A program made the translations under genes and the position numbers. Below, piece by piece: positions 8,761-20,406 of a stretch of 64,000 nt of DNA (within the stretch, counting starts at the first letter, position 1; every line of letters begins with the position of its first letter). Under the pieces are notes generated by a model, which was given only the letters and a program-made list of their open reading frames with translations, was not told where the DNA came from and searched no databases. This stretch comes from Pholidichthys leucotaenia (Eukaryota): positions 157,251,922 to 157,315,921 of the forward strand of contig CM035843.1 in NCBI GenBank assembly GCA_020510985.1, in the 5' to 3' direction.

Positions 8761-11639
8761 AAAAGTGGGAATCTTCTTCCCCAATTTATAAAGAAACAAA
8801 TAAGTATAAATAGCAATCTAAACAAACATGTCACATTCTTGCAAGATTTGACATGTTTTTATAGCTTTCTGGTTGCTTGAACCAATAATAATTTTAACAT
8901 AAGTATTAAAATCTAGTGTAAACATTTTAAATTAAGGTTTACTGCTAAATTTACATTTATGAAAAAAAAATTACTATAAAAAAGGAGTAAATTCAGATTA
9001 TAGAAAAAAAATCTCTCTGTGTACCAATATTATCTGTATAACCAAATATGACATTTTCCAAACAAAGTTATAATGTAAACTAATTCTGTTGTCTGTATGT
9101 TGGCACAGATCTGAGCAGAAAACTTTCACATCAACACTTTTCCAAACAAATGGCAGAAGTCGTCTGGATATAGACCACAACATGAATACAGAATATCAGC
9201 ATCACAGTTCAATCCTGTTAAATACACTTTGGTCAGATAATATCTATGAATTATTTTAAGTGATATTTCTTTAACTTTTTTTCTTAAAATAAACTTGTTA
9301 AACAAAGCCCAGATTTGATACTCCAGAAATAAACTGCAGGGGGATTAGATGTGACCTCCCTTTGAAACAAGGCTTTAGCATGTTTATTTGTTCTTAAATT
9401 GGGAGGAAAACTAACTTTTCCACCACAGTATGAGAAGCTTCCAGACAGGGTTCTCTATCTGATAAATGTGATCTGGTTCTGAAAAGCCTGCTTAGCCCGT
9501 CAGGGATCGCATTCTTAACAAGATGGAATTCTCTAACTGAGCAGGAAAAGTTGAAGGTAGACACAAATTCTTCACACAACATACCATTTAAATTAAATAA
9601 TTGTCTAACTGTCAACATCTTATTATCAAACCAAGTTTTATAAAATAAGGATTTATTTTTATAAGTTATATTGTGGTTATTTCAAATAAAATAGTAATGG
9701 GAGAAAGTTTGTGTTTGTTATGAGAGACCAGGATAATAACAACTGTTTGTGAAATTGGGATAGTTTGACAGGAAGGTTTTCTAGTTTGTATGGACACAAT
9801 AACAGGAATTTTAAACCACCCACTTGAGAAAAAATATGTTCAGGAATAGGGGTGGGCGATATGGCCTAAAAATGATATTACGATATTTCTGTGAATTTTC
9901 ACGATAATAATATTCTTCACAATATTAAGGAATACAGTTTCTTCTTTTAAATTTATAAAGGACAGTTTCACAGGCCAGCATTAATTATGTTCAACATATT
10001 CAGTAAAACCAAAAACTCTTACTTCTCCAGTTTATAAAGAGCAGTTTAGAATGTGTTTGAAACTTTTTTGGATTCTGTATCAAATAATACCAGAAAATAT
10101 TATAAACCACCACATCTTAAGCGCACTGAGGGGTGGACTGGGACAAAGATTCAGGCCGGGAATTTGACTTCATCCTAGGCCACCCTGTTGTTGGAAACCA
10201 GAAACCACCACAGTTTTAGTAGGTTAATATTTTAAAATAACAGGTATCAAACTAGTGATAAATGTAATTATAGCCTTCAGCTTGGAGGAAAATTATAAAT
10301 TTGGATTTTAATAGTCAACTGATCTATTGATTATTAAAACAACTGATTAATCTTAATTTTAATCTGGTGCTGCTTCTGATTTCTTCACCTTTTCTGAATA
10401 AAAACACAAGGTCAGAGACTTTAGGTAAAAAGTTACAATTGTGCATGAAAAAGGTCACAAATTTGTCACCAAAAACATTCAAAATTTTAAAAAAATGTAC
10501 CTTCATGAAAAGATGTTTAAAAAAATGAGAAAATAAAACAAATTTAGGAGAGAACGGTAACAAGCAGATGACTAAAGTTGGTACTGCAGACTACATATAG
10601 CCTGTAGTTTTGAAAATTATAAAGTCTTTTCTTAAAACATCTGAATAGTCCTGAAAACATAAATGTAAGAGCAGTTTAGTTATGGTTAATGCAACCTATT
10701 TATTACATTAAAAACTTTAACCCTAAACTACAGTATAAGCAGCTGCAGCACCCTTGTATAACCACAGACACTCATTCACCACATTACTTCTGTCTTCACC
10801 TCATTTCTATGCTCTGGGGCATGAGGGGGTTTTGGTCATTTTAACATATTAAATTAATTTAGTATGTTATTTCACCGGGTCAGGAAGAGGGTCTAAATAA
10901 AACAGGAAGGAAGTGGGCTTATTTAAAAGTATTATTTCATCATTTGGCCTACCTGTCTGCCGTTTCCCCAACCAAGACACTTCTGCAGGTAAATGACCGC
11001 CGCGTCAGACCTCCCATCTCTCTCTCTTTCTCCGTTTACCCACGTTAGAAATCTCCGTTGCACAGACAGCTCCTGGGGCTGTTAACAGATTTTTATTTTT
11101 TTTTTCATTTGCTTGGCTGAATGAATCAATCTGGAGCAGCCACAAGGGAATGCAAATAAACCTCTGGACACTTCGGAGTCCGGACGTCAACAGCACTTCT
11201 TCAGGGTGAAGTAAAGCTTTTCACTGAAGCCGTGTTATTGACGTGCGGAAAAAAATGCGGGCAGATTATCCACATCACTCCACCACATTTTTTTAAGAAG
11301 GCAGCAGTCTGAAACGGCCTTAAAACTAAATAACTTCCTCACAACTAGACGCAGACGTTCCAAGCACAGAGCACCGCTTCTCACGCCATGTTTGGTTTGT
11401 CGTTTCTATGGTAATGCGTAACTTCCGTTGGCAGCATAACGGACCCCAAATATTGCGATATTCATTTTCACACCAGTATCAGAAATTATACCGGTATTAT
11501 CGTGAATGATACAACATGGCACACCCCAATCAGGGATACTATTCCAGATTGACGCAGAGTTCTGCTGGAACCATTTTATCCAGTTAATTTTAAAGGTATT
11601 ATTAAGAGTCTCAAAATCTGAAATATTTAACCCAGGTGT

Positions 11640-11820
11640 GACTGTGAGAGTGAATGGTTGTCTGTCTCTCTGTGTTGGCCCTGCGATGGACTGGCGATCT
11701 GTCCAGGGTGAACCCTGCCTCTCGCCCTAAGATGCTGGGATAGGCTCCAGCCCCCCCGCAACCCGAAAAGGATTAAGCGAAAGAAGATGAATGAGTGAAC
11801 GAATGAATATTGTAGCTGTT
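11640..11820 (+). mobile_element. SINE 3' fragment (same family as 62110-62345; tail '…ccccgcaacccgaaaaggattaagcg')
   Basis: Forward-orientation match to the reverse complement of 1975-2110 and 36420-36560. Confidence 0.7.
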
Positions 11821-12099
11821 TATTATCACAGATTTTTTTAATGAGTTTTATTTTTCCACAAAAAAGTAAATAGTATTGTGTCTGTTGATTTACTAATGTT
11901 CTTATTTACATGGATGGAGAAAGTTCTATAAATCAGCCTAGAAAATCCTTCTGTTTCTACTGGTTAAATCTTTTTTTTGTTTTTTTGTTTTTTCAATAAG
12001 TGGCTGAAAATGAGCCTCACATCTTACATCTTCATTTTTGATCACATTAACTCCCAGGTAGGTGACAGAATCTTTCACTGGAATGTTGAAGCACAATTA

Positions 12100-14650
12100 G
12101 AGGCTTAAAGAGACAGCAGCTCACATCTGTGGACGTTTCAAGTGAGTCCTGGGGCTTTAGAAAGCAGAGGAATAGTATTTAGAGCCAGTGGGATTTCTGA
12201 AGCATCTTTTAAAAACAGAGTAGCGTCATCAGCAACCTGACTAATCAAAATGTTGTAGTTTGCAAAAGAGATCCCTTTTAAAGGGCTAGATTTAATAGAG
12301 TCGGCAGTCAGCTGTGCACATAACAGGAAGAGGTAAGGGGAGACTTGACAACCTGGTCTCACCTCCCGTTCCCCTCAGATCTTTGTGAGGTTCCAGACTT
12401 CAGTTTGATAGAGCTGTGAGCGTTTTTATAAAGTGCTTTGGTGACATTACAGAATAAAGGTCCAAAACCAAATTTATTAAGAGCAGAAAAAATAAAATGA
12501 TGCTCAATAGTGTCAATAGCTTTATAAAAATCTAAAAATAAAATATAACTGTCACTTGTGATACAATGAGAGTACTCAGTAAGATCTAATATTGTCAGAA
12601 ATATGTCGACCCTTCATGAAGCCTGTCTGGGGTTCATCAGTTATAAACGGTATAACTGTTCTCATTCTGTTTACAAATATTTGGGCCAGTATTTTATAAT
12701 CTGTATTAAGAAGACAGATGGGGCGCCAATTATCAATTTGCAGTTTCTTTTTTTGGGTTTAGGGATTAGTGTAATTAGGCCCTGTGAGAGGGTGGCAGGT
12801 AAACGTTCAGTACATGGCATATACAATTTATGTAAAACAGGAGTCAGAGCATCAGAAAATACCTGATAAACTCGGCACTTCAGCCATCCACACCTGGAGA
12901 CTGTTCAGAAGACAAATTATTGCCTTCCTTAATGCTGTTCATAAAAGAGTGAGCAGATATTTCTGAACAATTTGATCTATACAGGTTACCATAGAAGGTA
13001 GAACAAAAAATTTTAATTAATTTGGGATCTTCTGTAATGACATCAATTTGTATTAAGTTTATGAATAGAATTAAATTGAGCCTGCTGTTTTTCCAAGCGG
13101 AAAAAAATGAGCTGTACTTTGCTCCCCCTCCTCTAGCCACTGTCTTCTAGACCTTACTATGCTCCTCTGGCCTTAGTAATGTAAAAATCATTGAGTCTCA
13201 TTTAACACATCCAGTTCTTCTTTTTCATTCACAGAAATATCATTGGGAAGCAAATCACACAAGTGTTCAGTTCTATCAATCAGAGTTTGTTCCTGCATTT
13301 TTCTCTCTTTTACTAAATTACTGCAGTAATATCTAAGCAATCTGGAAGACTCAAACTTAAAAAGATCCCAATAAACAATAAAATTATTTTCCACAGTGGC
13401 CTTATGAAAAATATACAAAATGATTTTTTTTCCATATGAGAAATAAGAGCCTTATGCACCAAAACGGAATGATTAAGTTTCCAGTGAGCTTTCAGCCTAA
13501 AGTCAGGGGTGGATGACCTGATCTGAATAAATACTGCTCTGTGCTCTGTTAACGGGGATAAAAATCAAACTTAACATCGTTGTTCTTCAGTGAGTCAGAA
13601 ATCAACCAATAATCCAATCTAGACATACACATTTTGGATTTGGTCATCCAAGTGTAATTTCTCACATCAGAAAAATGTTCCCTCCACCCATCAATTAAAT
13701 TAAATTTTTGGATTAAATTAATCAGTAGTTGGGTGGGAAACTTCTAGCTGGCCACCTATTCAGGTTTTCATCTAGAACCACATTAAAGTCACCACCGACC
13801 ACTATAAGCAGGTCAGGGTATTTAGAAAACCAGAAGTCAAGCAGACGTTCCAGAGTATCAAGTGAGCCATCATTGTTGCATTTATGTGGATAATGAACTA
13901 TAAAATGTCCATTTACACTACCGTTCAAAAGTTTGGGGTCACTTAGAAATTTCCTTATTTTTGAAAGAAAAGCACTTTTTTTCAATGAAGATAACTTTAA
14001 ACTAATCAGAAATACACTCTATACATTGCTAATGTGGTAAATGACTATTCTAGCTGCAAATGTCTGGTTTTTGGTGCAATATCTATATAGGTGTATAGAG
14101 GCCCATTTCCAGCAACTATCACTCCAGTGTTCTAATGGTACAGTGTGTTTGCTCATTGCGTCAGAAGGCTAATGGATGATTAGAAAACCCTTGTGCAATC
14201 ATGTTAGGTCTGCAATGCTGTAATTGCTGCAAATGGAGGATTCTTTGACGAAAGCAAAGTTTGAAGGAAAAAATTATTATTTCAAATACAAATCATTATT
14301 TCTAACCTTGTCAATGTCTTGACTATATTTTCTATTCATTTTATAACTCATGGTGGTAAATAAGTGTGACTTTTCATGGAAAATACAAAATAATTGTCTG
14401 GGTGCCCCCAAACTTTTGAACGGTAGTGTACATCGGAGTCAACAGACAAAATGTCTCCTTTAAAATTAAATGGCAGAACACCTGCAGAATAACTGGAACC
14501 GTGTGACAACCAAAGTTCGTTCCCCCACTGAGATTTCCAGATTTTAACATCCTCAGGTAAAGAATGTGCTTCTTGAATGGAAAAAAGTATGTATTTTTGC
14601 TGCTTTAAAAACAAAAATAAGGTCTTAGGTTTAACGGCGTCTCTGAGGCT
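12100..14650 (-). mobile_element. Degenerate LINE (APE-type endonuclease + RT remnants), minus orientation, carrying a nested MITE
   Basis: Minus-strand ORFs: endonuclease N-terminus at 14348-14614 ('LFSIQEAHSLPEDV'), 'VVGGDFNVVLDENLN' at 13722-13985, RT 'SPYLF…ISQVADDATLFL' at 12138-12362. Confidence 0.6.
13921..14423. mobile_element. Tc1/mariner-like MITE (~500 bp) with ~22-bp TIRs and TA target-site duplication, inserted in the LINE endonuclease region
   Basis: 'ta|CCGTTCAAAAGTTTGGGGTCAC … GGTGCCCCCAAACTTTTGAACGG|ta'. No coding capacity. Confidence 0.7.
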
Positions 14651-15717
14651 CCTGGCATTTAAAGAAAAAAGTGATAGGCAGTCTGGTAAACAGATGTGTC
14701 TAAATGTTTGATCTTCATCTCGTCAAGAAAAAAGGAGAAAAGTATTAAAAAAAAAAAAGTAATACTGACCCAGTCCCCTCAGTCCTTATCCCTCTACAGC
14801 TCTCCTCGTAGCTCTTTTCCATCTACGAAGCCTCGAGCCCTGATGGAAAAAAGCTTGTCTGCCCTCCTTCCTGGCCGCTTCAATCCACAGCCATAACTTC
14901 TCTCGAGCCAACTCATCAGCAGTGGTCAGGTCCTCAGGCGCTATGCTGGACAGTAGTCACTTGTCTCAGCTTGTTTCCAAACCAAATTCCTTATAGATCT
15001 ATTAGAGAACCTTAAAATAGTCACTCTTGGTTCTTTATCCTCTCGTATACAACCGAGTCAATGAGACACATCTATGTGACATGAAATATCGTCTGAGGCC
15101 TCTGGAGCAACAGCCTGGCACCTCTGAACAGCCCTCATTTTAATATTTTCATCCATCTCTTGAATGTCGTGTTCTCAGGTTTGCGCTCCACTTCATTCAG
15201 TCTCATCTCCAACTTCTCAATCTTCTTTTCATGCTCAGCACAAGTTGCAGAGACCTTTAGGACATCAGCTTTAAGAGTTTTACCTCCTCAAAGGCATATT
15301 CAAGAGATTTTTTAATGTCTTCAATGCAAGTTCTGTTTGCACTGATTTTTAATGCCAAATCATCGGCTCAGTCATTAACTAACTGCAGTAGTTTCCAGAG
15401 TGATGTCTTCTTTTGAACATTTGCCTGGAGGTTTTATCAGGGAGTCGCCTTCAGAGTCTACAGTTTCCAGGTTGGAGGTGTTTTTTGCTTACCAGACTGA
15501 CAGTAGCTGTGCTCTCTCTCTATAGAAGCCGTATCTGTTTGTGTTAAAGGCACACCAAATTCCATGTCTTCATAGAGTTGTTTCTCCTTGCTCTTCAAAG
15601 CAGATTTTTGTTTCTTTTCCTGAGTGAAATCTGCCGATGTAGCCATTGGCCTAGCGCAAAAACTTGTGCAACGTTCTGCTGAAAAGCACATTAAGAGACT
15701 CTCAGCTCCACAAACCA

Positions 15718-16343
15718 CTGGGGGGGGGGGGGGGTGTGCTCAAAATACAAAAGGTGGTAGAGCACTGATAAATAAACAGTATGGGATGAAAAAATTTCAA
15801 CTTCACTTCGTGACTGAAACATTTGTCACCACGGGCGCCATCTTGGCCTCCTCCTTTTTCATCCGTTTTTCATCTTCTGCTCCACCTCCACCACCAGAAC
15901 CACAGAAACACGCTGAGGCCATCTTCGACAAAGGATCTCCCAAAATCGTGCACTTGTGGCCGACACACATTGTGGGCTCACGTTGCCACAGAGACAGGAC
16001 TGCATGTGTATTGTGGGGTGTCACGTCTGCAAGGACAGAGGACTCGAATCTGCAGAAGATAACAAGGAAGTGTGAGATTTGTCTCTTTGTCCCACAGAAG
16101 ATGCCCCGGAGAGAATTCCGGTTCATCAGGAAATGAGAGACAATAGGTGAAGCTTCAAAGGGATGCTTTGTAACTGTATGTTTACTGAAGACACCATGTG
16201 ACTTGAATCCTGATGCTGGAAACGTATAAAAGGGTGTTGAGATATGATTCTTTCTCTTTCCTGCTTTGAGAATGCTAGAAGCTGTGTTCTATCAAATAAA
16301 GCTGGTTTATGACTAAACTCAGCCTCGTCATTTGAGCACATCT
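15718..16343 (+). repeat. 5' LTR (starts TG…, ends …CA; contains TATA box and AATAAA)
   Basis: 15794-16343 is identical to 20494-21043. 'tataaaag' at 16225-16232; 'aataaa' at 16295-16300. Confidence 0.8.
16225..16232 (+). promoter_or_regulatory. LTR TATA box (tataaaag); second copy at 20925-20932
   Basis: Canonical TATA in the U3/R region about 70 bp upstream of AATAAA. Confidence 0.5.
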
Positions 16344-16369
16344 TCTACACTGGTGACCTACGACGGAAA

Positions 16370-17134
16370 ATGAGCAGACAGAATTCTCCCGAGCAGGGCT
16401 CGGCGGAAGCCATCCTGATGGCCGCCTCCACGATCCGGCTGCCCGATTTCTGGCAGCACAGCCCGCGCTCATGGTTTAGTGCAGTCGAGGCGCAGTTCAA
16501 CCTCCGGAGAATCTCCAACGACGACACAAGATTCTACCACATGGTAGCGAAGCTGGACAGCGACACGGTCCAGAGAGTGGAGGATCTGGTTAACCATCCA
16601 CCAGACAGCGACAAGTACAGCGCATTGAAAGACGCGCTGATCAGCCATTTCACCCCCTCAGTCCAACAACGAGCAGAGGGGCTCCTGGCGCTGACGGAGG
16701 CAGAAAACGATAGACCTGCGGACCTGATGGTGAAGATGCTGCAGCTCAAAGCCTCTGAGGACGGCGAATTCATTTTCACCCACCTTTTCCTCCGAACCCT
16801 ACCACCAGCAGTGAGAGTGGCCCTGGCAGAGTTGCCCCGATTGGCCAGGCGAGACTACCATGGGTTGAGTAAGGAGGCGCAGCGGTTGGTCGACGCCCAC
16901 AAGCGGAACGCGGTTTCGGCCGCGGCGGCCAGTCCGGGAACGGCGTCCGGAGACAGCGCAGGTCCAGCGGCTGCGGCGCCAGACGCACCAACGGCGGCGG
17001 CGATGGGAGCCAGACGACGCAGAGCGGAGGACGGCCCGTGCTTCTACCACCGCCGTTTTGCAGAGAGAGCGCACAGGTGCGTCCCACCGTGCAACTTTAA
17101 GCGCCAGGGAAACGCCAAGACCGAGGGCCGGTAG
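16370..17134 (+). CDS. BEL/Pao gag (254 aa)
   Basis: 'MSRQNSPEQG…LPDFWQHSPRSWFSAVEAQFNLRRISNDDTRFYHMVAKLDSDTVQRV…' has DUF1759-like retrotransposon gag architecture. TAG stop at 17132-17134. Confidence 0.75.
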   Translation: MSRQNSPEQGSAEAILMAASTIRLPDFWQHSPRSWFSAVEAQFNLRRISNDDTRFYHMVAKLDSDTVQRVEDLVNHPPDSDKYSALKDALISHFTPSVQQRAEGLLALTEAENDRPADLMVKMLQLKASEDGEFIFTHLFLRTLPPAVRVALAELPRLARRDYHGLSKEAQRLVDAHKRNAVSAAAASPGTASGDSAGPAAAAPDAPTAAAMGARRRRAEDGPCFYHRRFAERAHRCVPPCNFKRQGNAKTEGR

Positions 17135-20100
17135 CAGCCGCGACCCTCGGCAACGAGAACAGGCTGCTTTACCTGACGGATGCACGCTCGGGGAAACAGT
17201 TCCTCGTGGACACGGGCTCTCAGCTGAGCTTCATCACACCCACCTACGCGGAACGGCTGTCGCCTTCTAAAGCCCCCTGGGTGTCAGTGTCAGCAGCGAA
17301 CGGCTCCACGATTAAAACGTTCGGTGAGAGGACCATGCTTCTGTCCTTACAGGGCCGTTCATTTGAGTGGACATTTATTGTAGCAGCAGTCAGTTTCAAC
17401 ATGTTAGGGGCTGATTTTTTGTGCTCACATGGTTTATTGGTTGACCTTGCTAATAGACGTCTGGTTAATGCACTGTCCTTTCATTCTATTCCCTGCACAG
17501 CTCGGGTGGCCCCGCCAACTGCACATGCCAGCGTCTCAGCTGCGGGTGGTAAGTTTCACACTTTGCTTGCTCAGTTTCCAGCACTCACAGTCCCCACGTT
17601 TTCGGCAACGGTGGCCAAACATGGGGTAGAACATTTCATAACAACCACAGGCCCTCCCGTTTTTGCAAAAGCTCGGCGCTTGGACCCAGCTAAACTGGCC
17701 ATCGCGCGCGAGGAGTTCACTAATCTGGAAAAACTGGGCATTGTTAGACGCTCCAAGAGCCCTTGGGCTTCGCCGTTACACATGGTCCCAAAGGCTGACG
17801 GCTCGTGGCGTCCTTGCGGCGATTTCCACAGGTTGAACAACGTTTCAGCTCATGACCGCTACCCGATTCCGCACATTCAGGATTTTTCTGTTCATTTGGC
17901 AGGGGCGCGCATTTTTTCTAAAATAGACTTGGTGCGCGGCTACCACCAGGTTCCAGTGCGCGCGCAGGATGTACCCAAAACAGCGGTCATAACTCCTTTC
18001 GGCCTTTTTGAGTTTTTGCGCATGCCTTTTGGCCTCAAGGGGGCCGCGCAGACTTTCCAACGCATGATGGATGCAGTTTTACGCGACCTGCCTTTCGTGT
18101 TCGTTTATTTGGACGATATTTTGGTAGCCAGCGCGTCCGAAGGCGAACATGAAAAACACCTCACAGCAGTTTTCCGGAGGCTGGCAGAGCACGGGTTAAT
18201 AGTTAACCCAGCGAAGTGCCAGTTTGGGGTGGCGCAGATTGATTTTTTGGGACATCGCGTTTCGGCAGAAGGAGCGGTTCCCCTTCCAAATAAAGTGCGT
18301 GCCATAACGGATTTTCCGCAACCTCAAACGGTCAAGGCGCTTCAGGAGTTTCTAGGGATGGTTAATTTTTACAACCGATTCCTCCCAAGCGCAGCACGAC
18401 TCATGCAGCCATTGTACACCGCGTTAAAAAAACAAAAGCCCGCAAATAAAGTTGAATGGTCTCCGGAGCGGGAGCGCGCTTTTGCCCAGGTCAAATCAGC
18501 CCTGGCAAACGCAGTTTTATTAGCGCACCCAGTTCCAACGGCCCGCATGGCGCTCACCACTGACGCTTCCGATGTAGCGGTGGGGGCGGTAGTTGAACAG
18601 TTTGTGGCAGGTACCTGGCAACCCCTCGCGTTTTTCAGCAGGACTTTGTGCGATAGTGAACGGAAATACAGCGCGTTTGACAGGGAGCTTGTGGCCCTAC
18701 ACTTGGCCATCCGTCATTTTCAGTTCTGGTTAGAGGGGCGACGTTTCACCGCTTTTGTGGATCATAAACCGCTAACGTTTGCGATGGCCAAAATTTCAGA
18801 ACCCTGGTCAGGCCGGCAACAAAGGCAACTAGCCGCAATATCGGAGTTCACTACTGATATTCAGCATGTCGCGGGTAAACACAATGTTGTGGCAGACTGC
18901 CTCTCGCGTGCAGTAGCACCGCCAAGCCCCATAGGGGCAGACTCTGTAGCCATGGCCGCGGGCCCGGGCAGCGACGCGGGAGCGCGCGCAGCCCCGGTCT
19001 GTGTTGGGTTAGATTATGCAGCCATGGCTGCGGAGCAGGTTAACGACGCGGACGTGCGTGCGCTCCAGTCTGGACCAACAGGGTTAAGGCTGGAGCACAG
19101 GGTGCAACAAAACGGTATGCCCCCACTAATCTGCGATGTCTCCACGGGATGGCCCCGCCCCGTGGTGCCAGCCGCGTGGCGTCGCCGCGTTTTTGACTTG
19201 GTCCATTCTCTCGCACACCCGGGGGTGCGCGCATCGATCAAATTGGTGGGGGAGAAATTTGTTTGGCCCGGGTTGCGCAAACAGGTCAAGGAATGGGCGG
19301 CAGCCTGCGTAGCGTGTCAGCGAGCCAAAATACACAGACACACTAAGGCCCCGTTAGAACCTTTTCACATCCCCGCTAAGCGTTTTGATCATGTGCATGT
19401 TGATTTGGTCGGTCCGCTTCCGTTATCACACGGGCACACACATCTTTTGACGATGGTAGATCGCACCACGCGCTGGCCAGAGGCGATTCCTCTGACATCA
19501 GCCACAGCGGAAGAAGTTGCGCGAGCATTTTTAGCAGCGTGGGTTGCGCATTTTGGTGTACCGTCGGACATAACGTCCTACAGGGGTCCCCAATTTATTT
19601 CCGAGCTATGGTCATCGATGGCCCGCAGCTTGGGGGTGAAGATTCATCGCACCACCGCGTATAACCCCCAGGCTAATGGTTTATGCGAACGCTTTCATAG
19701 GTCATTGAAGGCAGCCCTCAGAGCGTCGCTAACGGATACAAATTGGGTGGACAAACTTCCATGGGTTTTATTGGGGTTGCGTTCTGCACCTAAGGAAGAT
19801 TTGCATGCTTCCCCGGCTGAATTAGTTTTTGCACAACCGCTGCGTTTGCCGGGGGAATTTCTTCCCGATAATCCCGCACCTAATGGCCCCCCTGCTCAGC
19901 CGTGGCAGAGCGGCTCAGGAGCAAACACGCTCCCTGGCCCAGTCCATCACAGTTTCCCACACGTTTTTGTGCCAAAGGCTTTAAAAAATGCAGAGTTTGT
20001 TTTTGTTAAACATGATGCTCAGCGTCCAAGTTTGTGGCCGTTTTACGACGGACCGTTTCGAGTGCTGGAGACCGGGCAGAAGCATTTTCTGCTAGATTTA

Positions 20101-20343
20101 GGGGGCAGAAGGGAGCTGATTTGCATAAACAGGCTCAAACCCGCTTTTGTTCTGGCTGACGAGGAGGTGCAGCTCGCGAGGCCCCCCCGCCGTGGCAGGC
20201 CGCCGAGAGGACATTCTCCAAAGTCTTCACAGAAAGGTGCTAACAGTTTTAATCCACAGCTGCAGAGAGATGTTGCAGGTGCAGCCAAACCAGGTTGCAG
20301 CAGATTCGGCAGAAGGTTAAAACCTAGGCAGTTGGTGGATTGA
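17101..20343 (+). CDS. BEL/Pao pol polyprotein (protease-RT-RNaseH-integrase). The ORF-track start at 17206 is a GTG; the true reading frame begins in the gag overlap
   Basis: DTG protease motif at about 17209; 'FVYLDDILVAS' RT; integrase zinc finger 'HSLAHPGV…CVACQRAK'; DDE core; C-terminus '…KHFLLDLGGRRELICINRLKPAFVLADEE…'. Confidence 0.8.
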   Translation, partial: APGKRQDRGPVAAATLGNENRLLYLTDARSGKQFLVDTGSQLSFITPTYAERLSPSKAPWVSVSAANGSTIKTFGERTMLLSLQGRSFEWTFIVAAVSFNMLGADFLCSHGLLVDLANRRLVNALSFHSIPCTARVAPPTAHASVSAAGGKFHTLLAQFPALTVPTFSATVAKHGVEHFITTTGPPVFAKARRLDPAKLAIAREEFTNLEKLGIVRRSKSPWASPLHMVPKADGSWRPCGDFHRLNNVSAHDRYPIPHIQDFSVHLAGARIFSKIDLVRGYHQVPVRAQDVPKTAVITPFGLFEFLRMPFGLKGAAQTFQRMMDAVLRDLPFVFVYLDDILVASASEGEHEKHLTAVFRRLAEHGLIVNPAKCQFGVAQIDFLGHRVSAEGAVPLPNKVRAITDFPQPQTVKALQEFLGMVNFYNRFLPSAARLMQPLYTALKKQKPANKVEWSPERERAFAQVKSALANAVLLAHPVPTARMALTTDASDVAVGAVVEQFVAGTWQPLAFFSRTLCDSERKYSAFDRELVALHLAIRHFQFWLEGRRFTAFVDHKPLTFAMAKISEPWSGRQQRQLAAISEFTTDIQHVAGKHNVVADCLSRAVAPPSPIGADSVAMAAGPGSDAGARAAPVCVGLDYAAMAAEQVNDADVRALQSGPTGLRLEHRVQQNGMPPLICDVSTGWPRPVVPAAWRRRVFDLVHSLAHPGVRASIKLVGEKFVWPGLRKQVKEWAAACVACQRAKIHRHTKAPLEPFHIPAKRFDHVHVDLVGPLPLSHGHTHLLTMVDRTTRWPEAIPLTSATAEEVARAFLAAWVAHFGVPSDITSYRGPQFISELWSSMARSLGVKIHRTTAYNPQANGLCERFHRSLKAALRASLTDTNWVDKLPWVLLGLRSAPKEDLHASPAELVFAQPLRLPGEFLPDNPAPNGPPAQPWQSGSGANTLPGPVHHSFPHVFVPKALKNAEFVFVKHDAQRPSLWPFYDGPFRVLETGQKHFLLDLGGRRELICINRLKPAFVLADEEVQLARPPRRGRPPRGHSPKSSQKGANSFNPQLQRDVAGAAKPGCSRFGRRLKPRQLVD
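17107..17113 (+). promoter_or_regulatory. Candidate -1 programmed ribosomal frameshift slippery heptamer G GGA AAC (X XXY YYZ) at the gag/pol overlap
   Basis: Gag reads GGA AAC. The pol frame (-1) opens at 17101 right after a TAA and reads continuously through 'GKRQDRGPVAAATLGNENRLLYLTDARSGKQFLVDTGS' into the 1045-aa ORF. Confidence 0.6.
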
Positions 20344-20406
20344 TTAGCAATGTATGGAGTGCTTTGTGTTTTTCTTTTTTTTTTTTGTTATGCCATGCAG
20401 GTTTTG

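Noticed and set aside
9840-11520. Possible DNA transposon or 5' UTR exon in the AT-rich interval 8760-11640 (e.g. 'gacacttctgcag|gtaaat' donor-like site near 10985)
   Set aside because: No TIR pair, TSD or coding signature could be established. The sequence was left unannotated.
15624-16136. 170-aa ORF spanning the upstream flank into the 5' LTR (and twin at 20354-20836), plus antisense ORFs at 15803-16126 and 20503-20826
   Set aside because: They lie entirely within non-coding LTR U3/R sequence and duplicate only because the LTRs duplicate. They contain the captured 'PQKHAEAIF' block but have no independent coding evidence.
17429-19571. Numerous 60-130-aa ORFs on both strands inside the pol gene (e.g. 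17571-17840, 18369-18710, 19014-19289)
   Set aside because: These are GC-rich overlapping frames of a long real CDS. Pol occupies the only frame with domain signatures.
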